Made by a program: the position numbers and the translations under genes. Shown in pieces: positions 17,088 to 27,141 of a DNA stretch of 54,973 bases. Under the pieces are notes generated by a model. The model worked only from the letters and a program-made list of their open reading frames with translations. It had not been told where the DNA came from and did no database searches. Position 1 is the stretch's first letter. Each line of letters opens with the position of its first letter. Origin of the DNA: a virus (Duplodnaviria; Caudoviricetes); the IMG/VR virus record IMGVR_UViG_3300046752_000076, positions 1 through 54,973 of that record. One strand, 5' to 3'.

Positions 17088-19231
17088 TAGCTTTCTCCGT
17101 TATATTTCATCGAAGGGTTCTCAGAGCAGTATGTGTACGGAAAGGATCGTGGCGTACCATCTGCGCCCTCACCCCAGATGATACGTACACCCCCAGGAGC
17201 ACCGTTGCCGCCGCCGCTGGAAGTTCCCGAACCACCGCCTCCACCGCCATGCGTACCGCCAACACGGACGCGATTGCCCCCGCTTCGTTCTTCTCGGCCT
17301 GTGAATTGGTTCTCGCCCCATGCACCTCGCGTACCGCCCGAACCACCGCCTCCACCGCCGTAGAAGTTAGCAGAGCTATTGTTATATGAAGTCCAATTAC
17401 CAGACGAACCGCCTAGACCAGAACCAGCATTAATATCTGATCTTGGTTTAACATTACCGTCTACGCCTCTCCAACCCTGACCATCTAGGCCAACGCCACC
17501 GCCGCCTCCTTGACCATAAGTTGAAGAATAGTTGTATCCGCAACCACCGCCGCCTCTAACACCTCGGTCACTGCTACCAGCCCTATCTTGATTACCTCTA
17601 TATCCAGCCGCACCCATTCCAACACGGCTACCGCCAGCATAGTAAGCAGCACCGCCACCATAGTGAAAGCCGTTTACAGAAGAACCGAGACCAGTGTTTA
17701 CTGCATAACCACCACCGTCACGACTGTCGTTTGCACCGTAACCACTTCCTTTGTTCCAATAATCAAGGCCATTTGGAGTGTGGTCCAACCAAGTTTTCTG
17801 ACCATTAGGATTGGAGGTTTGGTAGCCAGTGTAGCCACCACATTCACCGAATATAACAGTTTGACCGCTAGGGTTGACTATGAAACTTGATCCAGCACCA
17901 TAGCTTGAAACGTTGCTTTCACTTTGACGACCCAAGCCAACATAGACGTAATACACATCTCCTGGAGAACAGCTAATACCGTTCATCCAAGCAAGACCAG
18001 CAGCACCGCCTGCGTCGGAGGCCCAATTGTACGCACCCCCAGAACCGCCGCCTACTGCAACAGCACAAAAGGATGTAACTCCACTTGGCACTGTCCAGCG
18101 AAACTTTACTAATTGATAGTTACTGCCAGCACACCACCAAGTACTATTATCGGCATTAAAGCCCATGTAGCCATGTTTTGCGTAACCTGATGCACCTGTC
18201 AAATCGTCATAATAGGATTGGGTGGTGTAATTTATGGCATAGTGTGAACCCCAAGCACAGCCATATCCATCATTATATAAATAGGGAGAAGTGTCATCAT
18301 TTACATCATGAACACGTCTTAATGCACCAGAAGATTTAAGTGGATTGCAAGCGTTATCTGAAGTAGCTTGATCGGCAGATTTATCTTGAGTGTTTTGTGG
18401 ATTAAAGTTAGCATTATTCGGCCCGAAGTATCTTGCGCCGTAAGGGTCGCCGTATGCAATATTTTCAGTATAAGTTTTGGATACTGTTCCGTATGAGCCT
18501 AAATCTATTGTTATCGTTAGGCTGTGTGCAGAACTTGCTGCCACAATGTCACCAACATTTGTAAGATAAACTCGACCAGTAGCCGCGTCTATTTGTGGTG
18601 TTACGGCACTATTAAATCCAGATATGTTTGACATAGTAAAAACAGGAGTTGCATAACTGGTTGTCGTAGCAGCAAGGATATCTTGTTCGCCAGTAGTATT
18701 ACGAATTATTTGATTTCCAAGAGAGGCTGGGAAAGTAGGCGTAGTACCAGTAGGTACAATTTCAAGTTCATAGGTAAATTCGGTTTGTTCATCGGTGCGA
18801 CCATAAGGGTAATCTACCTTTACCTTGAAAGTATATTTACCTTCAGTGCCGCTACTAGGAGTGCCGTAAAAACGAGCCTCACCCATATCTTGATCGGTGC
18901 TGTCGCTATTTTCAGCCCACGAAATACCAGAAGGTAATCCCGTCGTAGGTGCAATAGCTTCATAGGTAACTTGACCAGACGCGGTTTCAAACGCATTATC
19001 TATGTAAAAGTATTGATCTATTGTAGGAATACTTACGCCAACATCGATCATTACTTTTACAGTAGCACCAGGTTCTATAAACCCACCGTGGGAAGCATTG
19101 TTTATGTTAGGGTGGCCTTTAGCTATCTTCACAAAGCCACCAGCCGCAGTAGAAGCCGCAGTAGTAGCCGCACCACCAGCTATATTATAGTCGCCACTGC
19201 TTATCTTATATGAACGTCTTTTCTTAGCCAT
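17087..19231 (-). CDS. Glycine-rich tail fibre/receptor-binding protein with Ig-like domain
   Basis: GLPSGIS...FYGTPS...GKYTFKV Ig-like repeat; WTVPSGVTSFCAVAVGGG ... GAPGGVRIIWG glycine-rich domain. Confidence 0.8.
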   Translation of the reverse strand: MAKKRRSYKISSGDYNIAGGAATTAASTAAGGFVKIAKGHPNINNASHGGFIEPGATVKVMIDVGVSIPTIDQYFYIDNAFETASGQVTYEAIAPTTGLPSGISWAENSDSTDQDMGEARFYGTPSSGTEGKYTFKVKVDYPYGRTDEQTEFTYELEIVPTGTTPTFPASLGNQIIRNTTGEQDILAATTTSYATPVFTMSNISGFNSAVTPQIDAATGRVYLTNVGDIVAASSAHSLTITIDLGSYGTVSKTYTENIAYGDPYGARYFGPNNANFNPQNTQDKSADQATSDNACNPLKSSGALRRVHDVNDDTSPYLYNDGYGCAWGSHYAINYTTQSYYDDLTGASGYAKHGYMGFNADNSTWWCAGSNYQLVKFRWTVPSGVTSFCAVAVGGGSGGAYNWASDAGGAAGLAWMNGISCSPGDVYYVYVGLGRQSESNVSSYGAGSSFIVNPSGQTVIFGECGGYTGYQTSNPNGQKTWLDHTPNGLDYWNKGSGYGANDSRDGGGYAVNTGLGSSVNGFHYGGGAAYYAGGSRVGMGAAGYRGNQDRAGSSDRGVRGGGGCGYNYSSTYGQGGGGGVGLDGQGWRGVDGNVKPRSDINAGSGLGGSSGNWTSYNNSSANFYGGGGGGSGGTRGAWGENQFTGREERSGGNRVRVGGTHGGGGGGSGTSSGGGNGAPGGVRIIWGEGADGTPRSFPYTYCSENPSMKYNGES

Positions 19232-19235
19232 GCTA

Positions 19236-21086
19236 TTATTCCTCTATGCCATACACTCGCACAATGATGTTGTCTTGATCTGTAGTAACCACAAGCTGTT
19301 CACCAGCAGATGCCATGATGCCAGTACGCTCTAAGATTTCATTTGAGGCGATTTCAGCTTTATCGAATTTGTCTCCTTGAGGAAGTTCAAAGAAACGCTT
19401 TTCACGCATGTAGTCTTCGCCGTTGAAGAAAAGATCGTACTTGCGATTTGCGTCACCATTTGTGTCTGTCCAGATGGTGTTCGTAACAAGCAGTGTTTGG
19501 TCATCGTGTGGTGCAGTAGATGGCTCGTCCACGATTGATACGGCTTGGCCCATGCCTGAGTGGTTGGAGCAATATGTGTAAAGTGTGTCTGGTGCGTTTG
19601 ACGGTACTGTCCACTCGATTACTCTTGCTTGACCGTTGTACGTTACGTGGTTGGTGTTCCAATCTGCTACCGTTGATGTGACTAATGTGTAGTCACTGGT
19701 AGATGATGGGCTACCCATTTGCCATATCATGCCGTCTGTGTACGCCGTACCACCAGCATGTGTGCCGTTCGCAGTAGTTGAGAAGTTCAGAGGGTGTCCG
19801 TTGTTGCTAGTGTCCATCTGATAGATACGATATGTGTGACCTCTAACAAAGGTAAGTTCTGCAACTGCACCAGTAACAGCGCCTTCAATAAACCTGTTCT
19901 GATTATCTATGCTGGCAACTTTTATACCGATTGGCTGCTTGGCGTAATGCTTGGATTGTGTCCAACTAACCCCAAGGTTTGATGTGCTGTACTTTTGACC
20001 GCCAGATACTACGAGTACGAAGTTAGTACCTTCGGCTCGAACATCGACAACCATGGCGTTCGTAACTCCTGATGGGAAGTCAAATACTGTGTAACCCGTT
20101 GTGGGCAGAGGTGAAGCTGTTGTGTAATCTGCGTATGCTACCTTGCCACCTGAGTAAGCTATGTAAATCTTACCGTCTGTAGCGTCTGTAGCAATTGCAG
20201 CCGCACCAATCATGTGACCGCTTACACCTGTTGGCGGTGACATAGAGTTTGATGTAAACTCAGCCTGTGCTTCGGGCGTATCGTCGTTCGATATGTAGTT
20301 GAAACCTGTTGAAGTACCAACAATGAAACGTTCTTCATTAGTTTTGACACCAGCAATCTTTGTGATAGCGCCTAGACCCCAAGTAAACGCAGTGTTGTAG
20401 GTAGCTGCTGCTGCTCGCCAGTCTGCAATTGTGTTCACAAGAGAACCAGAACTTCCTGGAACACCTTGTACGTACGCCATTGCGAAGGGGCCGTCTACGT
20501 TCGTAGCCCAAAGAATGTTATCGCCTGCTGTCATGCCGTAGTTGCTTGCTGAATTAGCTGCGCTACCACTGTCATTTACATAGTTGTCTATGTCATAAGT
20601 ACTGCCATTGTCAGGCGATCTTAATATTAATTCTGTCCCACTATGAAACCAGATTGGGTTTCCTAGACGTGTGGTATCTTGAACCATGTAATGATAGTCT
20701 ACACCGCCAACTGTTTGCTTAGTTTGGTACGCTAATATCTCTTTTGCAGCGATTGGCGTGGAAGCCGTGTTAGCTGACGCTGGTTCGACTGGCGTTGTTT
20801 TCATGTCTGTAACAAGAACTTCGGTTCTGTGACCGATCAAATCTAGCGTGTTCCCTGCATCTGCTGTTGTGTAAACCACAGAAGCATCAGAAGGTGTTGC
20901 GTCGTAATTTACGAAGTCACCTGTCTGGTATGTCTTGTCTGAGATATACACGTTTACGTTGGCTGCTACTGCACCATCGTTCAATACGTTTACGTTAAAG
21001 GTAGCCACTTTCGCAGAAGGTACAGTATATACAACTTCTGTGTCGCGGCTTCCGACTAATTTCTTTCCTAATAATCCGTTTGCCAT
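19236..21086 (-). CDS. Tail/virion structural protein with cupredoxin-like insertion
   Basis: 616 aa, beta-rich; LTFVRGHTY...GHPLNFST...PDTLYTYCSNHSGMG. Confidence 0.7.
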   Translation of the reverse strand: MANGLLGKKLVGSRDTEVVYTVPSAKVATFNVNVLNDGAVAANVNVYISDKTYQTGDFVNYDATPSDASVVYTTADAGNTLDLIGHRTEVLVTDMKTTPVEPASANTASTPIAAKEILAYQTKQTVGGVDYHYMVQDTTRLGNPIWFHSGTELILRSPDNGSTYDIDNYVNDSGSAANSASNYGMTAGDNILWATNVDGPFAMAYVQGVPGSSGSLVNTIADWRAAAATYNTAFTWGLGAITKIAGVKTNEERFIVGTSTGFNYISNDDTPEAQAEFTSNSMSPPTGVSGHMIGAAAIATDATDGKIYIAYSGGKVAYADYTTASPLPTTGYTVFDFPSGVTNAMVVDVRAEGTNFVLVVSGGQKYSTSNLGVSWTQSKHYAKQPIGIKVASIDNQNRFIEGAVTGAVAELTFVRGHTYRIYQMDTSNNGHPLNFSTTANGTHAGGTAYTDGMIWQMGSPSSTSDYTLVTSTVADWNTNHVTYNGQARVIEWTVPSNAPDTLYTYCSNHSGMGQAVSIVDEPSTAPHDDQTLLVTNTIWTDTNGDANRKYDLFFNGEDYMREKRFFELPQGDKFDKAEIASNEILERTGIMASAGEQLVVTTDQDNIIVRVYGIEE

Positions 21087-21095
21087 ATTATCCTC

Positions 21096-21464
21096 TTAAC
21101 TTTGTGATAGGAAAAAGACTTTGGACGGAGACATTTGAAAAGCGTTTAACGCTGACGTAATGCTCGTCTGTAGTCCACCGAGAGCCGCTTGCTCTGTTGC
21201 GCTTGCTGCTTGTACGGCAGCAATTTGAGTTGAACCTTCTGTCTGAAGCTCGCTGACTTCAGTATTACCTTGGGCGACAACAGCATTAATTTGTGTTGTA
21301 CCTTCGGAAGAAACGGCACTCAGGTTCGCATTGCCGTTAAAAATTTCTATCATGCGAGTTAGATAAACTAAGTCAGCATTTGGTGTGGATGCGTTCAGAC
21401 CCTGTAGTCGTGTAGATAGCTCGTTGGCTAAAGACTGCTGGTCTGCTACTGATATATTAGGCAT
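21096..21464 (-). CDS. Putative tail-fibre-associated coiled-coil protein
   Basis: 122 aa with repeated (E/Q)G-x-T-(Q/E) units. Confidence 0.55.
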   Translation of the reverse strand: MPNISVADQQSLANELSTRLQGLNASTPNADLVYLTRMIEIFNGNANLSAVSSEGTTQINAVVAQGNTEVSELQTEGSTQIAAVQAASATEQAALGGLQTSITSALNAFQMSPSKVFFLSQS

Positions 21465-21999
21465 CTAGGGTACTCCCGTTGAAAAGGCCACCGTATAGCT
21501 GGGATATAATAATCCCCTGCTGGATTACGGTTGGTGTTGTTTGGAAAGCTTGGTTCGCATAGGTTTGCGAAAGATCACGCGCTGCCTCTGATGCTGCTTG
21601 TGCAGTTTCGGCGGCTGTCTGTGCAGTTTCAGAAGCGTTCTCGGATGATAGTGCTTCAGATGCGCTTTGCTCTGCATCAAGTCTTTTGACTTCCATATCT
21701 GCAAGAGCAGTAGCTTTGAAATTGTTGAGATCAGAAAAGAGTTGGGTAAATGAGGCTATCTCATTCGTAGCCCCGTCAGTACCAATTTTCAGAAACAGTT
21801 TTTCACTACCAGCAGTGTTATCGTAGGTAAATGTAAACGTATCAATGTCACCAGTTGCCTGATTAAATATCTTACTTAAAAGCGTAGCAAGCGATAAGCC
21901 GCCCATCTCCGCGTCTTCAAGATAGGTATCAAGAAGAGTAATGCCCGTATTCTGCGAGCGAAAATTTAGCTGTTCACTGGGTACGCGTGTACGTGCCAT
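21457..21999 (-). CDS. Putative tail fibre attachment protein
   Basis: 180 aa with SASEALSSENASETAQTAAETAQAASEAA fibre-type coiled coil. Confidence 0.6.
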   Translation of the reverse strand: MARTRVPSEQLNFRSQNTGITLLDTYLEDAEMGGLSLATLLSKIFNQATGDIDTFTFTYDNTAGSEKLFLKIGTDGATNEIASFTQLFSDLNNFKATALADMEVKRLDAEQSASEALSSENASETAQTAAETAQAASEAARDLSQTYANQAFQTTPTVIQQGIIISQLYGGLFNGSTLDA

Positions 22000-22283
22000 T
22001 AGTTTTTATCTCCACACTTGCACTCTGGGCAATGAGCCATCTTTGCTAGTTGTGCTAGTCTCGAACCAGACATTCCTATTAAGTCCTCTGCGTTTGTTAC
22101 TCGTCCTGCCACGTCGCCAAGATCACGCTGTAGGCTTTCTCTAGTTTGTGATATTGCCCTAATAAGGTCTGCTATGTCGTCCCTTATAGGTTTCAATTCT
22201 TCTTCTAGTCGGGCGTTAATATATTCACGAGTATCAGTATCTATTTTCGAAGCCCAAGCGCTGCTAGGTACGGGGTTTGTCAT
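21999..22283 (-). CDS. Hypothetical coiled-coil protein
   Basis: 94 aa, coupled to the portal gene; C-terminal CPECKC. Confidence 0.55.
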   Translation of the reverse strand: MTNPVPSSAWASKIDTDTREYINARLEEELKPIRDDIADLIRAISQTRESLQRDLGDVAGRVTNAEDLIGMSGSRLAQLAKMAHCPECKCGDKN

Positions 22284-24196
22284 TGTTTCGGAGCCTCTCT
22301 CATCGGTACTAGGTTGCCTCTTTCCACCTGACGCTCGATATTTTCTTGGGGCTGTACGTTTGCACCACGTAGTTTTTCCATCATCATCATCTGCTGTGAC
22401 GGGGTTGGCCCCTCATTTTGCTGTTCTTTTGATATTTTAAACTGATCGAGGTCTGATACACCCATACTTCGTATGGCTTCTTCGACGATTTTGCCTGAGT
22501 TATATTCCATCGCCATACCTGTTTCGTTAAGAGTACGAAGCATAGTAATCCAAGTTTCGGCGTTACGCGTGGGTTCGAGCGGCAGCGTTCCGTCTACGAC
22601 TAGGTATTCTATCTCTCCTTGTATGTCTTGGAGAGAGAAATCGAGGTATCCATCCTGCACCATATCAGCGACTTCGGATGCGCTATCACTATCAGCAATA
22701 CGGATAGAGCTTTGTGGCGCAAAGAAGTCTTGTATGTTGGCTACCATCATTCGTACCATTGGTCGTATTGAAGTTGCGGAAATCGTACGGGAGAGAACGC
22801 CTAACCTTTGCGAGCCTAACTGCGTAAGGCGCTGTATCTCTGTCGCCGTACGGATGCCGTCACTGGTTGGCATCCCTTGCTGCGCGTCAGAAGCGGCGGA
22901 TAGGCGTTGTTTGAGTTCACCCATTGCTTGAATATCTTGCCAATGCCCACGCGTAACGTCTGGTATTTGAGAAATAAATACGCCCTCACCTGGCTTTACA
23001 CCTGGCAACGTTCGTACGATGCCGTGAGGGTTCCTATCGATAAGATCGCCAATCGCTATTTGTGTGGGATCAACGAACATTAGATTAGTAAGGGCGGCTT
23101 GCACGTTATCGACACGCGAACGTAAGAGCCATGTTGCAACATCGTGTAACGGGAGGAGCAGATCGTACAACGATTGCGAATAGGTCTTATGGGCGTCGTG
23201 GTACAAGCCGCCTATAACGACAGGGAATTGTCTGCCGTATGGATTTAGCTGGCAACGGATAACTACGTTCTCGTCCAGAATTGTGACGCATAGCCACAAC
23301 TGATCTATCTGAGGTATACCTACCTCATAACCAGCTAACCTTACCCAAGTCTCATCGACAACACGGCTGTCACCTAATGCAAAGAAGGTTCCGCCGCTTT
23401 CACGTCGATTGCGTTCTGCTGGGTCTATACTTAGTCCTCGTCCTGCTTCTTTGTGCCATCTATGTCCGTCCCAGCCACCAGCAGGAGGCGTGAGGCGGTT
23501 GCGGAGCGACGGGTACTTCTTGAGTTTGGGATACATTCCCGTTTGGAGGAGGCTGTCGAAAGAAGAGAAATCAGAGAAGATGATGTATTGCATCCGTTCC
23601 CAGTCTCCCCACTGTACTCTGGGGTCGTGGAATACGCGTCTCGGATCGAAGTTTGTGATGTGGTTTGTTCGGCTCGAAGCATCCCACGTAACTTTCGTGG
23701 GTGCGTATCCGTACCGAATACTGTCAAGAAGGTGTTGGGCAAGGCGTGCTTCTCCTGCTGTTCTACGCATTTGCTGGTGTAGCAAACGCTCGATGATTGC
23801 AGATGATTTACGTGACTTGCGGTTTAAACCTTCAAGCTGAAACATTGGGTTACGGCCTGTCAGGGCGCTCATTAAATATGTAAGTACCGTGTCTGATATG
23901 GCACGGGTATCTGCTATAACTGCCTTTTCTCTAAACTGGGTAGCATGGGGATCGACATAAACGTCGTGCGCTCTATCTGCCTGTGTCCAGTGTTCATGCC
24001 TACGAGAAATGCGGTCATAGGACATCTGCATTGCCGAACGGACGTAATCCACTATACGCTGCTCCTGTTCTTCGGATAGCAGCATTGAAATGTCCTCATA
24101 AGCCATGAGGGCATTAGCGTGTTCGGATAAGTCTACGACGATGCCGTCGCCATCAGGAACATAATCCGCACGGTAATTTGTTGTAGTCAGTGCCAT
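22280..24196 (-). CDS. Portal protein (podovirus P22/SU10-like)
   Basis: 638 aa after TerL; DSIRYGYAPTKVTW, NPYGRQFPVV, QQGMP...RTATEIQRL motifs. Confidence 0.85.
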   Translation of the reverse strand: MALTTTNYRADYVPDGDGIVVDLSEHANALMAYEDISMLLSEEQEQRIVDYVRSAMQMSYDRISRRHEHWTQADRAHDVYVDPHATQFREKAVIADTRAISDTVLTYLMSALTGRNPMFQLEGLNRKSRKSSAIIERLLHQQMRRTAGEARLAQHLLDSIRYGYAPTKVTWDASSRTNHITNFDPRRVFHDPRVQWGDWERMQYIIFSDFSSFDSLLQTGMYPKLKKYPSLRNRLTPPAGGWDGHRWHKEAGRGLSIDPAERNRRESGGTFFALGDSRVVDETWVRLAGYEVGIPQIDQLWLCVTILDENVVIRCQLNPYGRQFPVVIGGLYHDAHKTYSQSLYDLLLPLHDVATWLLRSRVDNVQAALTNLMFVDPTQIAIGDLIDRNPHGIVRTLPGVKPGEGVFISQIPDVTRGHWQDIQAMGELKQRLSAASDAQQGMPTSDGIRTATEIQRLTQLGSQRLGVLSRTISATSIRPMVRMMVANIQDFFAPQSSIRIADSDSASEVADMVQDGYLDFSLQDIQGEIEYLVVDGTLPLEPTRNAETWITMLRTLNETGMAMEYNSGKIVEEAIRSMGVSDLDQFKISKEQQNEGPTPSQQMMMMEKLRGANVQPQENIERQVERGNLVPMREAPKQ

Positions 24197-24203
24197 AGAG
24201 AAA

Positions 24204-24235
24204 CATTTACTCCTATAATAACCCTACAGTCGTCC
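24204..24235 (-). promoter_or_regulatory. GGACGAC-type putative late promoter for the portal gene
   Basis: GGACGAC (24229-24235) abuts the TerL TAA; 19 nt; TAAATG. Confidence 0.65.
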
Positions 24236-25900
24236 TTATTCGCCCCAACCGCGCCATGCGCCGTTTTGCTTATTAAGGTCTGATTGTTGGCTCCATAAAC
24301 TGTCGCCTGCTTTGGGAAGTGCAAAGTTAGGCGGTGAATAGTATTCGCCCGTAGCTGGCGTACGAGCGAGAACATCGAGGCCGATTGATAAAGCATCAAC
24401 CATATCGTCGTGCGTACCCGATGGGAACGTCTGCATTTCGTCGTGAAAGTCGTCGAGCCAGTTGGCTGCGCTGGGTATAAATACCCTACCGCCTTCGATA
24501 AGTGGGAGTACAGAAGCTAGTCGAGATACCTTGTCGCTAGATACTTTATAAGGGATGACTGAAACACCGCTCTCACGTTTAAGTTCTTGGATTAAAGATT
24601 GACCCGATGCTTTGTCCTCGATGTAGATGCCTCGTAAGCCTCGACCTCTCCACTGGTTGTTGAGAACAATCATTCTTCGTTTAAGATCGGGGAACTCGAA
24701 GCGCTCTCGTACAACGTCAACGATGTAGATGTCGCCAGTTGCGTCTAACCCCATAGTCATCATTACTGAGAAATCGCTATCCTGTCGGGCTTTGAAGGCT
24801 GTGTCTGCCGCTATTATGAGAGTGTTGAATTTTTCTGGCTTCATATCCTCTGGGTAGGTACGCCACCAGTGAGATCGGATCATGTTACCACCTTGGATGT
24901 AGGGTGTCTGTTGGTACAGTGATGCGAACTCTCTAGGGTTTAGTCTTTGACGACGTTCCAAATCTTCGAGGGTAAACCGTTCGGGCCATAGGGCGCTCTT
25001 TTCAGTCTTACGTATGTATCTTTTACCAGCGCCAAGTTTGCTGGCTTCGCCAGGTGCGAGGTACTCTGGGTGTTCGACTGGTAGATTGGAACGGGAAATT
25101 TTACCAGCGTCTCCTTGAATTGCTTTTTCTTCGATGGCTGGAAAATTGATGTGAAGCCAACGTCCTTCGTTCCAGTCGTCGGTTTGCATGAGCCGTCCTG
25201 CGAGGTCGTCGGGGTGCCAACGGGTGAGTATGATGATTTGTGCTGGGGGTACACCGTCGATGTCGGGTTGGAGACGCGTAGAGAGAGCGGATATATAATA
25301 ATTCCAGACTTTATTTCTCTGCGTGGCACTCTCAGCTTCCTCTCTAGACTTTAATGGGTCATCAAACAGTAAAAGATTTGCGGCTCGACCTGACGTTGTA
25401 CCGCCAACGCCTATGAAATACGCAGCTCCACCGCCTGTCGTACGCCATTGGTCTACAGCTCTGCTGTCTTGTGACATTTCAAACTCTGGAAATGCTTGCG
25501 TAGTTAGCGGTTCGTTGCAGAGATCACGGACTTGTCGCCCAAAGTCGGTAGCAAGTTGGGAGTTGTAGGACGTGGACATGATGAAACGGCTGGGTTTTCG
25601 CGACATGAAGTACGCAGGGAATAGAATAGAGCCGTACGTAGACTTGCCGTGTCGTGGTGGCATGGTGATGAGTAGGTTTCGTACAGGTACTTCCTCTGTC
25701 TTCTCGCGTTCGGCTGCCGACAGGTTGTGATGCGACGTGAGGGTGTTCTTCTCTAGTTTGTCGAGGGCGTCGATCATGTCGAGATGGAACTGAGGTAGCT
25801 TCCAGTTGGGCATTTGTAGACGTACCCACCCAAGAAGGCTCTCTTCTGCTGCTTTTAGCTTGAGTAAATGCTTGGCAGCGTCCTGTGCAGTTACATTCAT
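24236..25900 (-). CDS. terL: Terminase large subunit
   Basis: Walker A PPRHGKS, Walker B LLLFDDP, TRWHPDDLAG, nuclease AADTAF...IEDKASG...HDDMVDA. Confidence 0.95.
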   Translation of the reverse strand: MNVTAQDAAKHLLKLKAAEESLLGWVRLQMPNWKLPQFHLDMIDALDKLEKNTLTSHHNLSAAEREKTEEVPVRNLLITMPPRHGKSTYGSILFPAYFMSRKPSRFIMSTSYNSQLATDFGRQVRDLCNEPLTTQAFPEFEMSQDSRAVDQWRTTGGGAAYFIGVGGTTSGRAANLLLFDDPLKSREEAESATQRNKVWNYYISALSTRLQPDIDGVPPAQIIILTRWHPDDLAGRLMQTDDWNEGRWLHINFPAIEEKAIQGDAGKISRSNLPVEHPEYLAPGEASKLGAGKRYIRKTEKSALWPERFTLEDLERRQRLNPREFASLYQQTPYIQGGNMIRSHWWRTYPEDMKPEKFNTLIIAADTAFKARQDSDFSVMMTMGLDATGDIYIVDVVRERFEFPDLKRRMIVLNNQWRGRGLRGIYIEDKASGQSLIQELKRESGVSVIPYKVSSDKVSRLASVLPLIEGGRVFIPSAANWLDDFHDEMQTFPSGTHDDMVDALSIGLDVLARTPATGEYYSPPNFALPKAGDSLWSQQSDLNKQNGAWRGWGE

Positions 25901-26223
25901 TCTTCTTCCTCCACAGCTTCCCCGTCAATTATCTGGTTCATGCCCGAAGCTATGGCTTCAAGCTGCTCACGAGACATTTTTTCTGGGGCTTCTTGGATTT
26001 GATGCTCGTGCTGTACGAACTGTGCAGTTAGATCGGGCATGACTTTGTTTAGCATCGCCGTGAACACCCGTGCTTGGGTCGGGTTCCAGTCCTGCTTACC
26101 CATAACTACTGCATGAGCTTCATCGATTTGCTTTTCTACACGGCGGTAGAGGCCAGCACGCATGTTAGCGACCTGTAGCGGAGAAAGTTTCGCGCCAGTT
26201 TGTATTAAATTTTTACGTGACAT
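25897..26223 (-). CDS. terS: Probable terminase small subunit
   Basis: 108 aa coupled (ATGA) upstream of TerL; LNKVMPDL...MSREQLEAI. Confidence 0.65.
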   Translation of the reverse strand: MSRKNLIQTGAKLSPLQVANMRAGLYRRVEKQIDEAHAVVMGKQDWNPTQARVFTAMLNKVMPDLTAQFVQHEHQIQEAPEKMSREQLEAIASGMNQIIDGEAVEEEE

Positions 26224-26477
26224 TAAGGTTTCCAGACGTTTTCAATTTTGCTCAGATTTCTCAGAGGGTCGGCAATGGCAATTCGCGAAAACTGATCGGC
26301 GGAATGGGGTGCCGCCCCCCTCCTTTTTTCTTTTTGGCGCATATGTGGCGCAAAAGCCTCGCAAACTGTTGATTTTACACGATTTTCTGTCCCCAACTAG
26401 GGGAAAAACGAGTGGTTTTGGGTGGTCAAAAATTCCCAAATTCGCTCCTTCCGCGTAAAAAAATTAGCCATACGCGT

Positions 26478-26508
26478 ATGTTACGCATCTGCGTTACGCA
26501 TGTCGTCC
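26478..26508 (-). promoter_or_regulatory. GGACGAC-type putative late promoter heading the terminase operon
   Basis: GGACGAC (26502-26508), 18 nt, TAACAT; spacer region holds an ATGCGTAAC direct repeat. Confidence 0.65.
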
Positions 26509-26636
26509 TGCGTGGGCACGACCAAAGATAAATCTTTGAGGAACATCAGAGGGTGCCAGCTCCGATCTGGAGGATGGCCTGTGCCCAAATGGTTGGGCGC
26601 GGTTCTATGTATGCGTAACACAAAAGGAGAAATCGC

Positions 26637-27041
26637 ATGACAAAATCAAACACAGACGTAGCAGTATTCTCAGCAAAAACAGCCGCAGCCGCATGGATCA
26701 ATGCGCGTAACGCAGCCGCGAAGAAAGTCATCCGCGACAAAGTCGCCGCGACAGCGAAGACCAACAAGCGCAAGCGTTGGAGCCGCTTGCTCAAGGACAT
26801 CGACGCCAACGACAAGGTGCGCGTAAAAGCGCGTGCATCTGGCGATTGGAAACCCGTCAACGATGCGCGTCCTGTAACGCCTGCGAAGCCGAAGGCCACG
26901 AAGCCAAAGGCAAAAGCGCCCGTTGCCGCTGAAGGCGTAACGCCTGTTGACGCTGCCAAAGCGTTGGCGGCTCTCGTAGGCGCGGATTTGGGCGGCTCTC
27001 CAGAAGCGCTCGCGTTGGTGGCTTTCATCAACCGTTCGTAA
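26637..27041 (+). CDS. First early gene; basic Ala/Lys-rich protein
   Basis: 134 aa, AAGGAG RBS, followed by a terminator. Confidence 0.75.
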   Translation: MTKSNTDVAVFSAKTAAAAWINARNAAAKKVIRDKVAATAKTNKRKRWSRLLKDIDANDKVRVKARASGDWKPVNDARPVTPAKPKATKPKAKAPVAAEGVTPVDAAKALAALVGADLGGSPEALALVAFINRS

Positions 27042-27064
27042 CACCCACACCTGAAGCACATCTC

Positions 27065-27101
27065 AAAGCTCCGCAACGCGCAAGCGTTGTGGGGCTTTTT
27101 T
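27065..27101 (+). terminator. Intrinsic terminator
   Basis: GCTCCGCAACGC-GCAA-GCGTTGTGGGGC followed by TTTTTT. Confidence 0.85.
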
Positions 27102-27141
27102 GTGCGCTTCTGCACAGCAACGAGGACGAAAGGAGAACTAC

